Program-made: the position numbers and the translations under genes
Notes under the pieces: model-generated
Told to the model about the DNA's origin: nothing
Seen by the model: the letters and a program-made list of their open reading frames with translations, nothing else
Databases searched by the model: none
NCBI RefSeq assembly: GCF_902713615.1
Contig: NC_052157.1
Coordinates: 17,408,566 to 17,472,565 of the forward strand
Length of the DNA stretch: 64,000 nucleotides
Source: Scyliorhinus canicula
Taxonomy: Eukaryota
Direction: 5' to 3'
Shown here: positions 11,726 to 25,334 of the stretch, one piece after another
Numbering within the stretch: position 1 is the stretch's first letter
Layout of the letters: each line of letters starts with the position of its first letter

Positions 11726-11944
11726 GTAAGTAACAGTGACACGAGAATACATTGGAATTAATGTGACATTCCCGTTGTTTCCACTCCTTTAATACCAGAA
11801 CAGTGTTTTGCTTAAACAAAATCAGGCTTGAGGCCCTGACAGCTTTCGCATGTGGAATGAACATTTAACATGTTGATAAATTGTGTTGGAGTTGCAGCTT
11901 GTGACAAGAGTTTATCAAGTTTCTTCAACAGCACCAACAATTTA

Positions 11945-13075
11945 TATTTAAATCGCACCTACAACCTAATAAAATGCCCCAAGATGATTCACAGGAGCAT
12001 TTTAAAGCAACATTTGACACCAAGTCACATTAGATGATTTTTGCGTGCATGACCAAAAAAGAGATTGATTTTAAGGAGTGTCTTGAAGGGGGAAAAGGGA
12101 GGTTGAGTGGACGGTTGTTGAGGGAAAGAATTCCACAGTTTAGGACCTGGCCAGCAATGGCGCAGTAATTAAAATTGTGGATACTCAAGACCAGAATTAG
12201 CTAAGTTCAGATATCTGAAAAGGTTGTTTAACCAGAGGAGATCACAGAGACAGGGAGGAGCTTGAAAAAAAGGATAAGAATTTCAAAACCAAGGCGTTGC
12301 TTATCCGGGAGTCTTTGAGTACCGGGGTGGAGGGGTGAATGGGATAGGGTGAGTGTAAGAACAGGGGTGGCTGAATTTGGGTGACCTCAAGTTTACAGAT
12401 AGTAGAAGATGGGAAGCTGACCAAAGGTGCGTCGGAAGAATCAAGTCCACAACAAAGGCATGGACGAGGGTTTCAGCAGCAGATGAGCTGAGGCCGGGGC
12501 GGAGTCAGGCAAAGTTACAGAGGCTTTCTGAATAATGGCAGGAGTGTGTGGTCGGATGCTGGTTTCAAAGTGATATATCACACCAAAGATGTGAACAGTC
12601 TTGGTCAGCCTGAGACAGGTGCGTGGGAGGGAGCACCGAGTCGGTGGCTATGGAATGGAATTTGTAGTCGGGGCTTTGGTCTTCCTAATATTTAATGGTT
12701 GAAATTTCAGCACAGCTCACTGGATGTCGGTCAAGCAGTCTGACTGTGATCTGACTGTGTTGGGGTTGGGAAAGGCTGTGGTGAAGTACAGCTGGGTGTT
12801 GTCAGCATGTCAGTAATGCTGTGCTTTCAGGTGATGTTGCCAAGGGGGAGTGAATAGATGGGAACTGGGAAGGGGGGTCAAGGATAGTTCTTTGGGGGAC
12901 ACCAGGGATTACAGCGTGGGAGCAGGAAAAGAAGCCATTCCAAGTAAGACTCTTGCCAAAGTTAGATAGATAAGAATGGAAACAAGCAGGTCCAGCCTCA
13001 CCCAGCTGGACTAGTGTGGGGAGGCTCTGGGGGAGGGTGGTGCGGCCAACCATTGGGAAGGACAAGGAAGGAATA
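11945..13075 (-). mobile_element. Old L2-like LINE fragment
   Basis: Degenerate RT remnants (SYLSN...GVPQRTILDP) and an L2-like 3' region. Confidence 0.6.
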
Positions 13076-13753
13076 ACCTCCCCCCCCCCCCCCCCCCCCA
13101 CCGCCTTTTTTGTCAATATTTTTATATCTGGTGAAGAGAAATGTTTGAAGACTATGACAAAAAATATCTTTTTAATGTCGCAGTTTTTCCCAGGGCTGCA
13201 CACAGCGGCGGTGTCCGAGAGATTGGCGTTAAATTCCTGGAGACTCCAGGCCAATCTTAGAAAATGAGACGCACAAAATTATTCATTTACTTCGTTAAAT
13301 ATATTTTTCAACCAGCGGGTGGGGTTTCCACGACTCGGGTTGCAGAGCAGCTAATAACTGCGGCACCATGTCGCCCCCTTAGATTCAAAATTGCTCCATT
13401 TTCATGACTACACAAAGCATTTAAGTAGTTCTCCCCCCCCCCCCCCCCCCCCCCCCAACACCCTTCCCCCGGCCAGTGTTAAATTAGTGGCAGAAAGACT
13501 GAATTAGTGGAGGAATGGCCAAGGCTGAATGGGAACTAACCGTTGGGGGGGGGGGGGGGGGGGGGGGGGGCTAGCTGTGTGAGTAACTGCAGTAAGCTTC
13601 AGAGAGTAGCATCCCCGTATTTCTGATCAGGAATAAATATAAGCATTCACACTTCTGGACTGCTCTTTCTGCCATTACTACTCCGTTCAATTCTGTACAT
13701 TTTAGTGATTTAATCTCTCCTGGTCTTCCAGCTGTCACTGACCTTCCGTTGTT

Positions 13754-14079
13754 CATCGAATCCCTACTGTGCAGAAAGAAGGAGGCGATTCGGGCCCATA
13801 GAGCCTGCACGACCTTTTGAAAGAGCACTCCACCCAGCTCACTCCCCACCCTCGCCCCGCAATCACACAAAACCTTTTGGACATGAAGGGACAATGTGCG
13901 CATGGCCAATCCACCTGGCTTGCACATCTTTGGACTGTGGGAGGAAACCGCAGCACCGAGAGGAAACCCACACAGACACGGGAAAACATGCAGACTCCAC
14001 ACAGACAGTCACCCGAGGTCGGAATCGAACCTGGTCCCTGGAGCTGTGAGGCAGCAGTGCTAACCACTGTGCTGTCCCA
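13754..14079 (-). mobile_element. HE1-like V-SINE
   Basis: Head GGGACAGCACAGTGGTTAGCAC, core and CR1-type tail. Confidence 0.85.
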
Positions 14080-14085
14080 CTGAAG

Positions 14086-14445
14086 TGTTGGCTAGTGTAG
14101 ACTTGAGAGATGAACAGACACTTCCAACACTGATGAAGGTTCAACTCAATTTTATTAACTACTTCTAACTAACTAACACACGATGACTGTGGGTCTAAAT
14201 GATGCTAACTTAAACTAGAGACCTAAGCCTTGTCCAAACCAGTTGATTCTCTCAGCACGTGTTGTAAGTCTGTGCTGGGCTGGATGAGTTCTTGTTACAC
14301 TCAGAGGCAGCACCCAGAATGAGCAGGAACCGTGGTGCCCTCTGCCTTTATAGTGTGTGTATTCTAACTGGTGATTGGCTGCGGTGTTTGTCCATGTTGA
14401 TTGGTCCCTGTGTGTGTCCATCAGTGTGTGCCTGCACCATGATTT
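14086..14445 (-). repeat. Probable solo LTR, partial
   Basis: TATAAA and AATAAA on the minus strand, LTR-like terminus; no clear TSD. Confidence 0.45.
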
Positions 14446-15135
14446 CACTTGCTTATAACCTACTTCAAGATGGCACCGGTGCATGGTGACTCTCTGCGAG
14501 CTCCCTCAACCAGACCCTTTTCTTTTATATCTTATCACCGTTCTGACCTGGAGCTTTTTCCCACCTTATCATCCATTGCTTTGTTTGGCCTTTGTTTTGC
14601 ACTGTAAACAATCACTATTTGTTGATGTACCATTTGCCAATGTAATCTGTTGATTATTCTTTTGCCTACTCAGTACGTGCTGTGTACGTTTCCTTGGCCG
14701 CAGAAAAATACTTTTCACTGTTCCTCGGTACATGTGAAATAAATATCAATCAGTCAAATGCAACTTTTCCATTTTCTCCCAGTCCCAATGAAACAGACGA
14801 TAATCCTGGTTCGCCAGGGTAGGATTTGGGGGGTACCCCAATTATGCTCTGGAGAATCCCACTGGGAAGTTCCCAGGTAACGGTTTACTCGGCAATTGCC
14901 CAGAAGGGATAACTTCCCTGGGACAATTGCGCTGGGTTGAGAGCCATCGGCCAAAGTGACTCCGATCACTCACTTGGATGTTTTGCCAGTTTTACGCTCA
15001 TAGTTACACTGAAAGAGTTAGAAAGAAATAAAGTACTTCTAACTTCAGAGTAGATATTTTAACCACCCACAGGACATCCCCCACACAGGACACCTGCACA
15101 GGACAGCCCCCCCCCTCCCCCACACTCCTACGACA

Positions 15136-15481
15136 GGGCAGCACGGTAGCATTGTGGATAGCACAATTGCTTCACAGCTCCAGGGTGCCAGGTTCGATTC
15201 CGGCTTGGGCCACTGTCTGTGCGGAGTCTGCACATCCTCCCCGTGTGTGCGTGGGTTTCCTCCGGGTGCTCCGGTTTCTTCCCACAGTCCAAAGATGTGC
15301 AGGTTAGGTGGATTGGCCATGCTAAATTGCCCTTAGTGTCCAAAATTGCCTTTAGTGTTGGGTGGGGTTACTGGGTTATGGGGATAGGGTGGAGGTGTTG
15401 ATCTTGGGTCGGGTGCTCTTTCCAAGAGCCAGTGCAGACTCGATGGGCCGAATGGCCTCCTTCTGCACTGTAAATTCTATG
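15136..15481 (+). mobile_element. HE1-like V-SINE, full length
   Basis: GGGCAGCACGGTAGCATTGTGGATAGCAC head with A/B boxes; tail ...ctgcactgtaaattctatg. Confidence 0.92.
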
Positions 15482-15780
15482 AAAACCTTCAAGGGAACCT
15501 CTCAAACCACCCCCCCAACTGCTAAACTCCCAGAGGACCCCCCACACCCACCCCACCAACCAAGCCCCTCCCCCAGCCCAACTCCCCCACCATTAGTGAG
15601 TGCCACTCCAAGGAAGATACGGGATTAAATGTTGTCTCTCCCTCCAGCTTCAGATTTCGCCTGTTCTAATTGTAAATATGTTGGGCAATCACCGTTAGCA
15701 AGTGCTGAAATATGCAGTAAAGACGACTGGTTAACTATTAACTAATTCCTAACTCCCACTTTCACTTGCCCCCACCTTCT

Positions 15781-15840
15781 ACACACACACACACAGACAC
15801 ACACACACACAAACACACAGACACAAGACAGACAAACACA
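15781..15840. repeat. (CA)n microsatellite, imperfect
   Basis: Directly visible. Confidence 0.9.
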
Positions 15841-18571
15841 GAGGGGTGGAAGGGGATAAAGTCATAAGTGAAACAAGTCTTTGTTTCAGATGATGGTTTT
15901 GGCACACTTCCATAACATTTGGACACAGGACAAAGTGTTAATGGTGCCATTAGGGATGATGAGTGCTGGGACTTCCGGTGGTGGCATGTAGAGGGGAAAT
16001 CCCACGTTAGGTGGCTCCCGCTTGAGATGTATTTTTAAGAGGTTTGAAGTATGGACCCGGGGATAATTTTTGGAGGATTGAAGAAGGAAAGACAAAAAGT
16101 TGCTGAAGGATGCGAAAAGTGCTGCCGAGGAACAACTGGAAAGACGTGAGGAAACGCGGGTTCTCCGTCGAGTGAGAGGACCAGCAAAAGTGCTGGCAAG
16201 ATGGCGGATGCCGCACGGCATGGTGAGGCCCCACTGCTTATGGTGGAAAAGAATGACTGAGGTGATGGCTATAGAGAAGCAGTTTGTGAGGCACAGGGAG
16301 GCGTTGAGGAAGGAGATGGCGGTCGCACTGAAATCATTGGTGGAGGAGGCAATCGCCCCGGTGAGGGTAGCTGTGGCAAAGGCATTGGCGGGGGTGAGAG
16401 AGCAGGGTGAGAAGATGAATGAAGTGGAGGAAGCCATGTCGCAGCACAGCGACCAGCTCACCTCAATGGGGGGGGGGGGGGGGGAGCTGCGGAGGGTGGT
16501 TGAGGCCAACCGAGGGCTTTGAGCAAAGCTCGAAGGTTTGGAGGACCACTCGAGGCGGCACAATCTAAGAATTGTGGGCCTGCCCGAAGGGGCAGTGGGC
16601 CTGAGACCAACAGAGTACTTTGCTAAGATGCTGGTGGAGTTGAGGGGAGAGAATGAGGACCCCGCCCGGTATGAACTGGGCCGAGCTCATCGATCATTAA
16701 GGCCAAATTCAAAGTAAATGAGCCACCAAGAGCAGTAATTATCTGCTTCCATAAATACAACGTAAAGGAGAGGGTGCTGAGCTGGGTGCGGCATGAGCAG
16801 GAGGTACAGTGGGCTGGGCTGGAGTTCGGGTATACCAGGACCTGACGATGGAGTTGGCGAAGAGACGAGCGGTGTTCGGCCGAGTAAAGGCGACACTGTA
16901 CAACAAGGGGGTGCGATTTGCTTTGGTGTACCCGGCGAAGCAGAGGGTGACGTGCAACACCAAGGATTTTTATTTTGAAACGGTGGAGGCGGCTGAGGCT
17001 TTCGTGAAGGCGGAAGGCTTGGGACAGCAGTGAGGAGTGGAGCTGGAAGAGAGGTCGTGGACTGTGATTGGGGAGGTGGAAAATTTATAACTGTTATAAC
17101 TTTCTCTTCATTGACCTGTATTGTAATTTACTTGATTTCACATTGTTATAGAGTTCAAGTTTTTGTTTGGTTCGATTGGCATTCTTTGTTGCGACGATTA
17201 TATGTTACTTCATTGCATTGTATGGGTTGGATTGTTTTTCTTTATCCTCTGGGACTGGGTGGGAGGGGCTGGAATGCCTGGGGGGCGGGGGGGGGGGGCA
17301 CCCGCACTAGCTAACTAAAGTTGGCTAGTGAATGGGGGTGAGGTGGGAGGAGAGTTGCGGATATTGGAGCCTGCTGAGCAGATTTCAATGGGCCTACGAG
17401 GCAAGCAAAGGGGGGGATGAGATCAATACTGGGTTTTTCAAGAGGAAGTACAGGGGGGATTCTGGGAGGAGGGAAGGAGGTTCGATATTAGCAATGGATG
17501 GGGGCAAGTCAGGCTCAGGTGGCAGGGCCTGGTGATATGATGATGGTGGATAAGAGGGGGGTTGGTGCGAGACCCCCAGTTAGGATAGTAACGTGGTACG
17601 TGAGGGGGTTGTGAGGTCCAGTCAAGAGATCAAGGATGCTCGCGCATCTTAAAAGCTTGGAGGCCGATGTAGCAATGCTGCAGGCGACACACTTGAGGGC
17701 GAAGGACCAGGTGAGACTTAAAAAGGGCTGACTTAGTCAGGCGTTCCACTCTGGATTTGACGGAAGGGCTCGAGGGGTAGCGGTAATGATCCGTAAAAGG
17801 GAACGGTTCCAGATGGAGAAGGTGGTTGTAGATCAGGGGGGTAGGTAGGTGATTGTGGAGGGGAGGCGAGTAGCGCTGGTAAGTATATATGATCCCAATT
17901 GGGATGATGTGGGATTTGTGAAGAAGGTGTGTGGGGCCATCCCCGACTTGGACTCACACAAACTGATAGTGGGCGATACTGGAACTTGGTGCAGGAGCCA
18001 AGGTTGGACAGGTCATGGCCGCGCTCGCTGGTCCCGTTAGGGGCGGGGGGGGGGGGTGAAGGCATTGGCTTGGCTAATGGTGGCAATGAGAGTGGTGGAC
18101 CCTTGGAGGTTTCTGTACCAAGGGAGTGGGAGTACTCATTTTTCTTGGCAGTCCATAAGGTATAGTCGCGGATCGACTTTATTGTGGTGGGAAGGTGCTG
18201 CTGGCTGGGGTTAAGGGATCGGAGTACTCAGCAATTGCAATATCAGATCACACTCAGCATTGGGTGGATACGGTACTGGAGAAGGGGGTAGTACAGAGGT
18301 TGGGGTGGAAATTAGATGTGGGACTATTGGGGGACCGAGGGTTCTGTGACAAAGTTGAAAAGGTAATTGAGGAATATGTAGGTCTCAACTGCACTGGGGA
18401 GGTGTTAAAGGCAGTTGTCTGGGAGGCTCTAAAGGCGAGGGGTGGAGTGATCTCGTTTAAGGCTAGGGTGGACAAAGAGGAGAGGTTGGAGTGTCAGAGG
18501 GTAATAGGTGAGATGTTGGAGGTAGATAGTTATGCAGAAGATGGCGACCCAGTGAAGTTGGAAAAGAGAAT

Positions 18572-18912
18572 GGGCAGCACGATTGCACAGTGGTTAGCAC
18601 AGTTGCTTCACAGTTACAGGGTCCCAGGTTCGATTCCCGGTTTGGGTCACTGTCTGTGCGGAGTCTGCACGTTCTCCCCGTGTCTGCATGTGTTTACTTT
18701 GGGTGCACCGGTTTCTTCCCACAGTCCAAAGATGTGCAGGTTAGGTGGATTGGCCAAACTAAATTGCCCTTAGTGTCCAAAAAAAAAGTGGGGTGGGGTT
18801 GCTGTGTTACGGGGATAGGGTGGTGGTGTGGGCTTGGGTAGAGTGCTCTTTCCAAGGGCCGGTGCAGACTCAATGGGCCAAATGGCCTCCTTCTGCACTG
18901 TAAATTCTATGA
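18572..18912 (+). mobile_element. HE1-like V-SINE nested in L1 ORF2
   Basis: Head, core and tail as in 15136-15481. Confidence 0.88.
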
Positions 18913-21100
18913 CTTCTAAGATAACGACAGGCGAGTTTTGACCGACTATCCATCAGGAAGGCGGTGCGCCAATTGAGGCGAGCAAGGGGTGCAGTGTATG
19001 AGCATGGAGAGAAGGCGGGGGCCTATGTTAGCGGGTGAACTTCGGAGGGAGGCGGCGGCAAGGCAAATTATTCAGGTGTGGTACAGGGCAGGGAAGTTGG
19101 TGGTGGCTCCGGTTCAGATTTACAAGGTCTTTAAAGAATTCTATGAGAGGTTGTATAGGTCAGAACCACCTGGGGGAGGCCGGGAAATGCAGGAGTTTCT
19201 AGATGGTACCCAAGGTTAGGCTGGGGGGACAGGGATACATTAGAAGGGACAATAGTGGAGCAGGAGGTAAAATATATGATTGGGAGGATGTAGTCGGGGA
19301 AGGTAGCAGGGCTGGATGGGTTTCCGGTGGAATATTACAAAAAATTTAAGGATAAGCTGGCACCGCTGATGGTTTGAGGAGGCGATAGGGAACGGGGCGT
19401 GATCACAAACTTTGGGGCAGATATTGATTTCCCTGTTGCTTAAAAAAGACAAGGATCCGACGGTGTGTGGGTCATATAGGCCCATAACACTTCTGAACGT
19501 GGACGGAACAGTATTGGCGAAGGTACTGGCAGGTACGCTGGAGAAGGGCTTCCTGAAGGTGATTGGTGAAGATCAGACGGGGTTCGTGAGAGGGAGGCAG
19601 CTCTTTTCGAACATTAAGAGGGTATTGAGCATGGTGATGGCGGAGGGGAAGGAAACAGGTAGTTGTGGTATTGGACACCAAGAAAGCATTTGACCGGGTA
19701 GAATGGGGGTACTTGATGGCAGTTCTGGAACGGTTTGGGATTGGGCCATGATTTGTGGACTGGGTAAAGCCATTATGTTAGGAGCCGAGAGCGAGTGTCC
19801 GCACAAATAATGTCAGCTCGGAATAGTTTTCTCGCCACCGTGGGACTAGGCAGGGATGTCCTATGTCCCCCGTGCTGTTTGCACTCACGATTGAGCCGTT
19901 GGCTATTGTGTTAAGGTGTTCGGGAGTATAGAAAGGAATAGTGCGGAAGGGGGGGGGGTAGAGCATAGGGCGTCCTTATATGCCGATTACTTGTTGTTAT
20001 TCATGTCGGAATCGAGTGTATCAATAGGGAGAATATTGGAGCTGTTTCAGGTGTTTGGGTCTTTCTTGGGGTACAAGTTAAATCTAGACGCGAGTGAATA
20101 TATTGTGGTGTCTCGGCTGGGGTTGGGGACAGGGGTGGGGGCTGCTGCCATTCTGTCGGGCAGCAACTCACTTTAGATACCTGGGGGGTGCAGGGTGCTC
20201 GGGATTGGAGGGGGGCTCCGTAGGTGCAATATTTCTAATTTGTTAGGGAGGGTGAAAGCTGATCTGGCAAGGTGGGATGGTCTCCCTCTGTCACTGGCAT
20301 GTCGGGTACAGGCGGCTAAAATGAACGTGTTGCCGCGATTTTTGTTTATTTTCCGATGCCTGTCGATTTTCCTGCCAAAGGCATTTTTTAGAGGGATTGA
20401 GGGAATGATTACCTCGTTCATATGGCGAGGGAAGGTGGCCAGAATTAGAAGGAGCTACTACAGAGAAGAAGGCAGGTTTAGGGCTTCCGAACCTGATGTA
20501 TTATTACTGGGTGGCGAATGTGGAGAAGGTACGGAGCTGAGTCAGAGGAGTTGATTCACAGTGGGTCAGAATGGAGGAGAGTTTGTGTAGGGGTCGGGAT
20601 TGAAGCGCTAGCAACAGCGCCACTCCCGATGGCCCTGGGGAAATACTCAGGGAGTCCGGTTGTAATAGCCTCGTTTAGAATTTGAGGCAGTTTCGCCAGC
20701 ACTTCAGGTTGGGGGCGGGGTCAAGGAAAATGCCAATTCGGGGGAACCACAGATTTGAACCAGGGAAGTGGGATGGAGATTTTCGGATATGGGAGGCAAA
20801 GGGAAGTAGGACACTAAAAGATTTGCTTTTTGGGCGTCGGTTTGCAGGATTGAAGGAGCTGGGATCGAAATATGGGCTGGAGCAGGAGGAAATATTTAGA
20901 TACGTGCAGGTTCGAGACTTTGCTAGGAAGGCGATACAGAGCTTCCTGGTGGAGCCGACCTCAACATTGCTGGAGGAGGTGCTGATGACAGGGGGACTGG
21001 AGAAGGGGGTAGTGTCGGTGATTTACGGGGCTATTTTGGGAGAGGAGAAGGTACCTCTGGAAGGGAGCAAAGCAAAATGGGAGGAAGAGCTGGGAGATAT

Positions 21101-24100
21101 TGGGGAGGGTTGATGGAGGGTTTAAACTAATGTGGCAGGGGGATGGGAACCGATGCAGGAAGTTGGAAGGTAGTAAAACAGGGACAGAAGCAAAAGGAAG
21201 TAAAGGGGAAAGTGCAAGGCAGAGAAGACATAGTCAAAAATCAAAAAGGGCAATAGTACAAGGTACAGTGACTGAGGGGAGCTCAGTGAATAGGCCCAGT
21301 AATACTAAAAGGAATAAAACTGGAGATGTTAAGATTCAAAACAGAGGTAAAAAAAACAACATAAGTGTACTTTACCTGAATGCTCGTAGTATTCAGAATA
21401 AAGTAGATGAGTTGATGGCGCAAATCATCGTGAATGACTATGATTTAGTGGCCATTACTGAAACATGGTTAAAGGATGGTCACGACTGGGAGTCAAATAT
21501 CCAAGGGTATCAAACTATTCGGAAGGACAGAGTGGATGGTAAGGGAAGTGGTGTAGCTCTGTTATTTAAGGATGACATCCGGGCAATAGTAAGGGATGAC
21601 ATCGGTGCTATGGAGGATAAGGTTGAATCCATTTGGGTGGAAATCAGGAATAGTAAGGCAAAAAGGTAACTGATAGGAGTAGTCTATCGGCCACCAAATA
21701 GTAACGTTATGGTGGGGCAGGTAATAAACAAAGAAATAACTGATGCATGTAGAAATGGTACAGCAGTTATCATGGGGGATATTAATCTACATGTCGATTG
21801 GTTTAACCAGGTCGGTCAAGGCAACTTTGAGGAGGAGTTTAGAGAATGTATCCGCGATAGTTTCCTAGAACAGTATGTAATGGAACCTACGAGGGAACAA
21901 GCGGTCCTAGATTTTGTCTTGTGTAATGAGACAGTATTGATTCATGATCTCATAGTTAGTGATCCTCTCGGAAGGAGCGATCACAACATGGTGGAATTTA
22001 AAATACAGATGGAGGGTGAGAAGGTAAAATAAATACTAGTGTTTTGTATTTAAACAAAGGAGATTACAATGGGCTGAGAGAAGAACTAGCTAAGGTAGAC
22101 TGGGAGCAAAGACTTTATGGTGGAACAGTTGAGGAACAGTGGAGAACCTTCCAAGCGATTTTTCACAGTGCTCAGCAAAGGTTTATACCAACAAGAAGGA
22201 AGGACAGTAGAAAGAGGGAAAATCGACCGTGGATATCTTAGGAAATAAGGGAGAGTATCAAATTGAAGGAAAAAGCAGACAAAGTGGCAAAGATTGGTGG
22301 GAGACTAGAGGACAGGGAAATCTTTGGGGGGCAACAGAAATCTACTAAAAAAGCTATAAAGAAGAGTAAGATAGAGTATGAGAGTAAACTTGCTCAGAAT
22401 ATAAAAACAGACAGTAAAAGTTTCTACAAATATATAAAACAAAAAAGAGTGGCTAAGGTAAATATTGGTCCTTTAGAGGATGAGAAGGGAGTTTTTTTTC
22501 TAAATTTAGAGTACCCAATTTTTTTTCCAATTAAGGGGCAATTTAGCATGGCCAATCCACCTAACCTGCACATCTTTGGGTTGTGGGGGTGAAACCCACG
22601 CAGACACGGGGAGAATGTGCAAACTCCACACTGACAGTGACCCAGGGCCGGGATTCGAACCCGGGTCCTCAGCGCCATAAGCAGCAATGCTAACCATTGT
22701 GCCACGTGCCGCCACCCGAGAAGGGAGTTTTAATAATGGGAGATGAGGAAATGGCTGAGGAACTGAACAGGTTTTTTGGGTCGGTCTTCACAGTGGAAGA
22801 CACAAATAACATGGCAGTGACTGATAGAAATGAGGCTATGACAGGTGAGGACCTTGAGAGGATTGTTATCACTAAGGAGGTAGTGATGGGCAAGCTAATG
22901 GGGCTAAAGGTAGACAAGTCTTCTGGCCCTGATGGACTGCATCCCAGAGTGCTGAAAGAGATGGCTAGGGAAATTGCAGATGCACTAGTGATGATTTATC
23001 AAAATTCACTAGACTCTGGGGTGGTCCCGGTCGATTGGAAATTAGCAAACGTGACACCACTGTTTAAAAAAGGAATTAGGCAGAGAGCGGGAAATTATAG
23101 GCCAGTGAGCTTAACTTTGGTAGTAGGGAAGATACTGGAATCTATCATCAAGGAAGAAATAGCGAGGCATCTGGATAGAAATTGTCCCATTGGGCAGACA
23201 CAGCATGGGTTCATAAAGGGCAGGCGGTGCCTAACTAATTTAGTGGAATTTTTTGATGACATTACCAGTGCAGTAGATAACGGGGAGCCAATGGATGTGG
23301 TACATCTGGATTTCCAGAAAGCCTTTGACAAGGTGCCACACAAAAGGTTGCTGCATAAGATAAACATGCATGGCATGAAGGGTAAAATAGTAGCATGGAT
23401 AGAGGATTGGTTAATTAATAGAAAGCAAAGAGTGGGGATTAATGGGTGTTTCTCTGGTTGGCAATCAGTAGGTAGTGGTGTCCCTCAGGGATCTGTGTTG
23501 GGCCCACAATTGTTCACAATCTACATAGATGATTTGGAGTTGGGGACCAAGGGCAATGTGTCCAAGTTTGCAGATGATGCTAAGATGAGTGGTAAAGCGA
23601 AAAGTGCAGAGGATACTGGAAGTCTGCAGAGGGTTTTGGATAGGTTAAGTGAATGGGCTAGGGTCTGGCAGATGGAATACAATGTTGACAAATGTGAGGT
23701 TATCCATTTTGGTAGGAATAACAGCAAACGGGATTATTATTTAAATGATAAAATATTAAAGCATGCTGCTGTGCAGAGAGACCTGGGGGTGCTCGTGCAT
23801 GAGTCATAGAAAGTTGGTTTGCAGGTGCAACAGGTGATTAAGAAGGCAAATGGAATTTTGTCCTTCATTGCTGGAGGGATGGAGTTTAAGACTAGCGAGG
23901 TTATGCTGCAATTGTATAAGGTGTTAGTGAGGCCACACCTGAGTATTGTGTTTAGTTTTGGTCTCCTTACTTGAGAAAGGACGTACTGGCACTGGAGGGT
24001 GTGCAGAGGAGATTCACTAGGTTAATCCCAGAGCTGAAGGGGTTGGATTACGAGGAGAGGTTGAGTAGACTGGGACTGTACTCGTTGGAATTTAGAAGGA

Positions 24101-24487
24101 TGAGGGGTAATCTTATAGAAACATATAAAATTATGAAGGGAATGGATAGGATAGATGCGGGCAGGTTGTTTCCACTGGCGGGTGAAAGCAGAACTAGGGG
24201 GCATAGCCTCAAAATAAGGGGAAGTAGATTTAGGACTGTGTTTAGGAGGAACTTCTTCACCCAAAGGGTTGTGAATCTATGGAATTCCTTGCCCAGTGAA
24301 GCAGTTGAGGCTTATTCATTAAATGTTTTAAGGCAAAGATAGATAGTTTATTGAAGAATAAAGGGATTAAGGGTTATGGTGTTCGGGCCGGAAAGTCCAC
24401 AAAAGATCAGCCATGATCTCATTGAATGGTGGAGCAGGCTCGAGGGGCCAGATGGCCTACTCCTGCTCCTAGTTCTTATGTTCTTAT
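21101..24487 (+). mobile_element. CR1 LINE (complete ORF2 with stops/frameshifts), nested in the L1
   Basis: [53 protein letters not shown]; (TTCTTATG)n tail; possible TSD GATAT at 21096-21100 and 24488-24492. Confidence 0.95.
22496..22717 (-). mobile_element. Short A-tailed V-SINE variant with a 14-bp TSD
   Basis: TSD GAGAAGGGAGTTTT at 22482-22495 and 22718-22731; the empty site is visible in the sister CR1 at ~62951-62970. Confidence 0.9.
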
Positions 24488-25334
24488 GATATGGAGTTCT
24501 ATTGTGGGGTGCTCCAGAGACTGAATGCCTCCACCTCATGCGCAAGGTTGGGGCTGATACAGCTGAAGGTGGTATATAGAGCGCACCTCACAAGGACGAG
24601 GATGAGCCAGCTCTTTGAGGGGGTAGAGGATGTGTGAACATTGGGGGGGGCAAACCTAGCTTATATGTTTTGGTCCCGGCCAAAGCTGGAGGATTACTGG
24701 TAGGAGGTTTTTAGAGTAATTTCTAAAGTCGTGCACATAAAACTGGACCTGGGCCCTCGGGTGGCCATATTCGGGGTGTCAGACCAGCTGGAGTTGGAAA
24801 CGGGTGCGGAGGCAGATGCTGTAGCCTTCGCTTTGTTGATCGCCCGAAGGTGGATCCTGTTGGAATGGAGGTCAACCTCTCCATCCTGTGCCCTGGCGTG
24901 GCGGGGGGACCTGCTGGAACTTTTAGCTGATGAGAAGGTTAAGTTTGAACTGAGGGGAAGGATAGAAGGGTTCTACAATCCATGGGCGTTATTCATTATG
25001 CACTTTCAAGAATTGGATTACATCAAACATTATGTAATGTTGGGAGGTTGGGAGGGTTGGGCGAAAGGGGACTGTATGTGTTAATGGTGACTATGGTGAT
25101 TCCTGATTCCTTCTTGTTATTTGTTTATGTTAACATGTGGGCTGTTCTTTGGGGGTTTGGTGGGAGGATGGGATTGTTGTTGATAAGGGGATTGACAGTA
25201 TATTCGTTGCTGACTATTGTTTGTTGGTGGGTGTAAATTTGGAAGAAAATGTGAAAAAGGAGAATAAAAATATTTTTTAAAAAAGGGATGAAGAGTGCTA
25301 ATAATTACAAAAGGTGACAAAGAAAAACGTGTCA

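Larger units (their letters stand above)
15968..25283 (+). mobile_element. Full-length degenerate L1-clade LINE (ORF1, endonuclease/RT ORF2, 3'UTR, A tail) with nested SINE and CR1
   Basis: 16-bp TSD AGGGATGA(T/A)GAGTGCT at 15952-15967 and 25284-25299; ORF1 SRRHNLRIVGLPEG and YQDLT; [39 protein letters not shown]; resumes at 24493 after the CR1. Confidence 0.92.

Noticed and set aside
11684-11752. 23-aa N-terminal extension of the UGT in the ORF track
   Set aside because: It crosses a conserved splice acceptor, is absent in the paralogue and would precede the signal peptide.
13433-13570. Facing C and G homopolymer runs that could form a hairpin
   Set aside because: Long C/G runs are common throughout the window and their lengths are unreliable in assemblies.
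15136-15215. tRNA genes
   Set aside because: All tRNA-like segments are SINE heads continuing into core and tail sequence.
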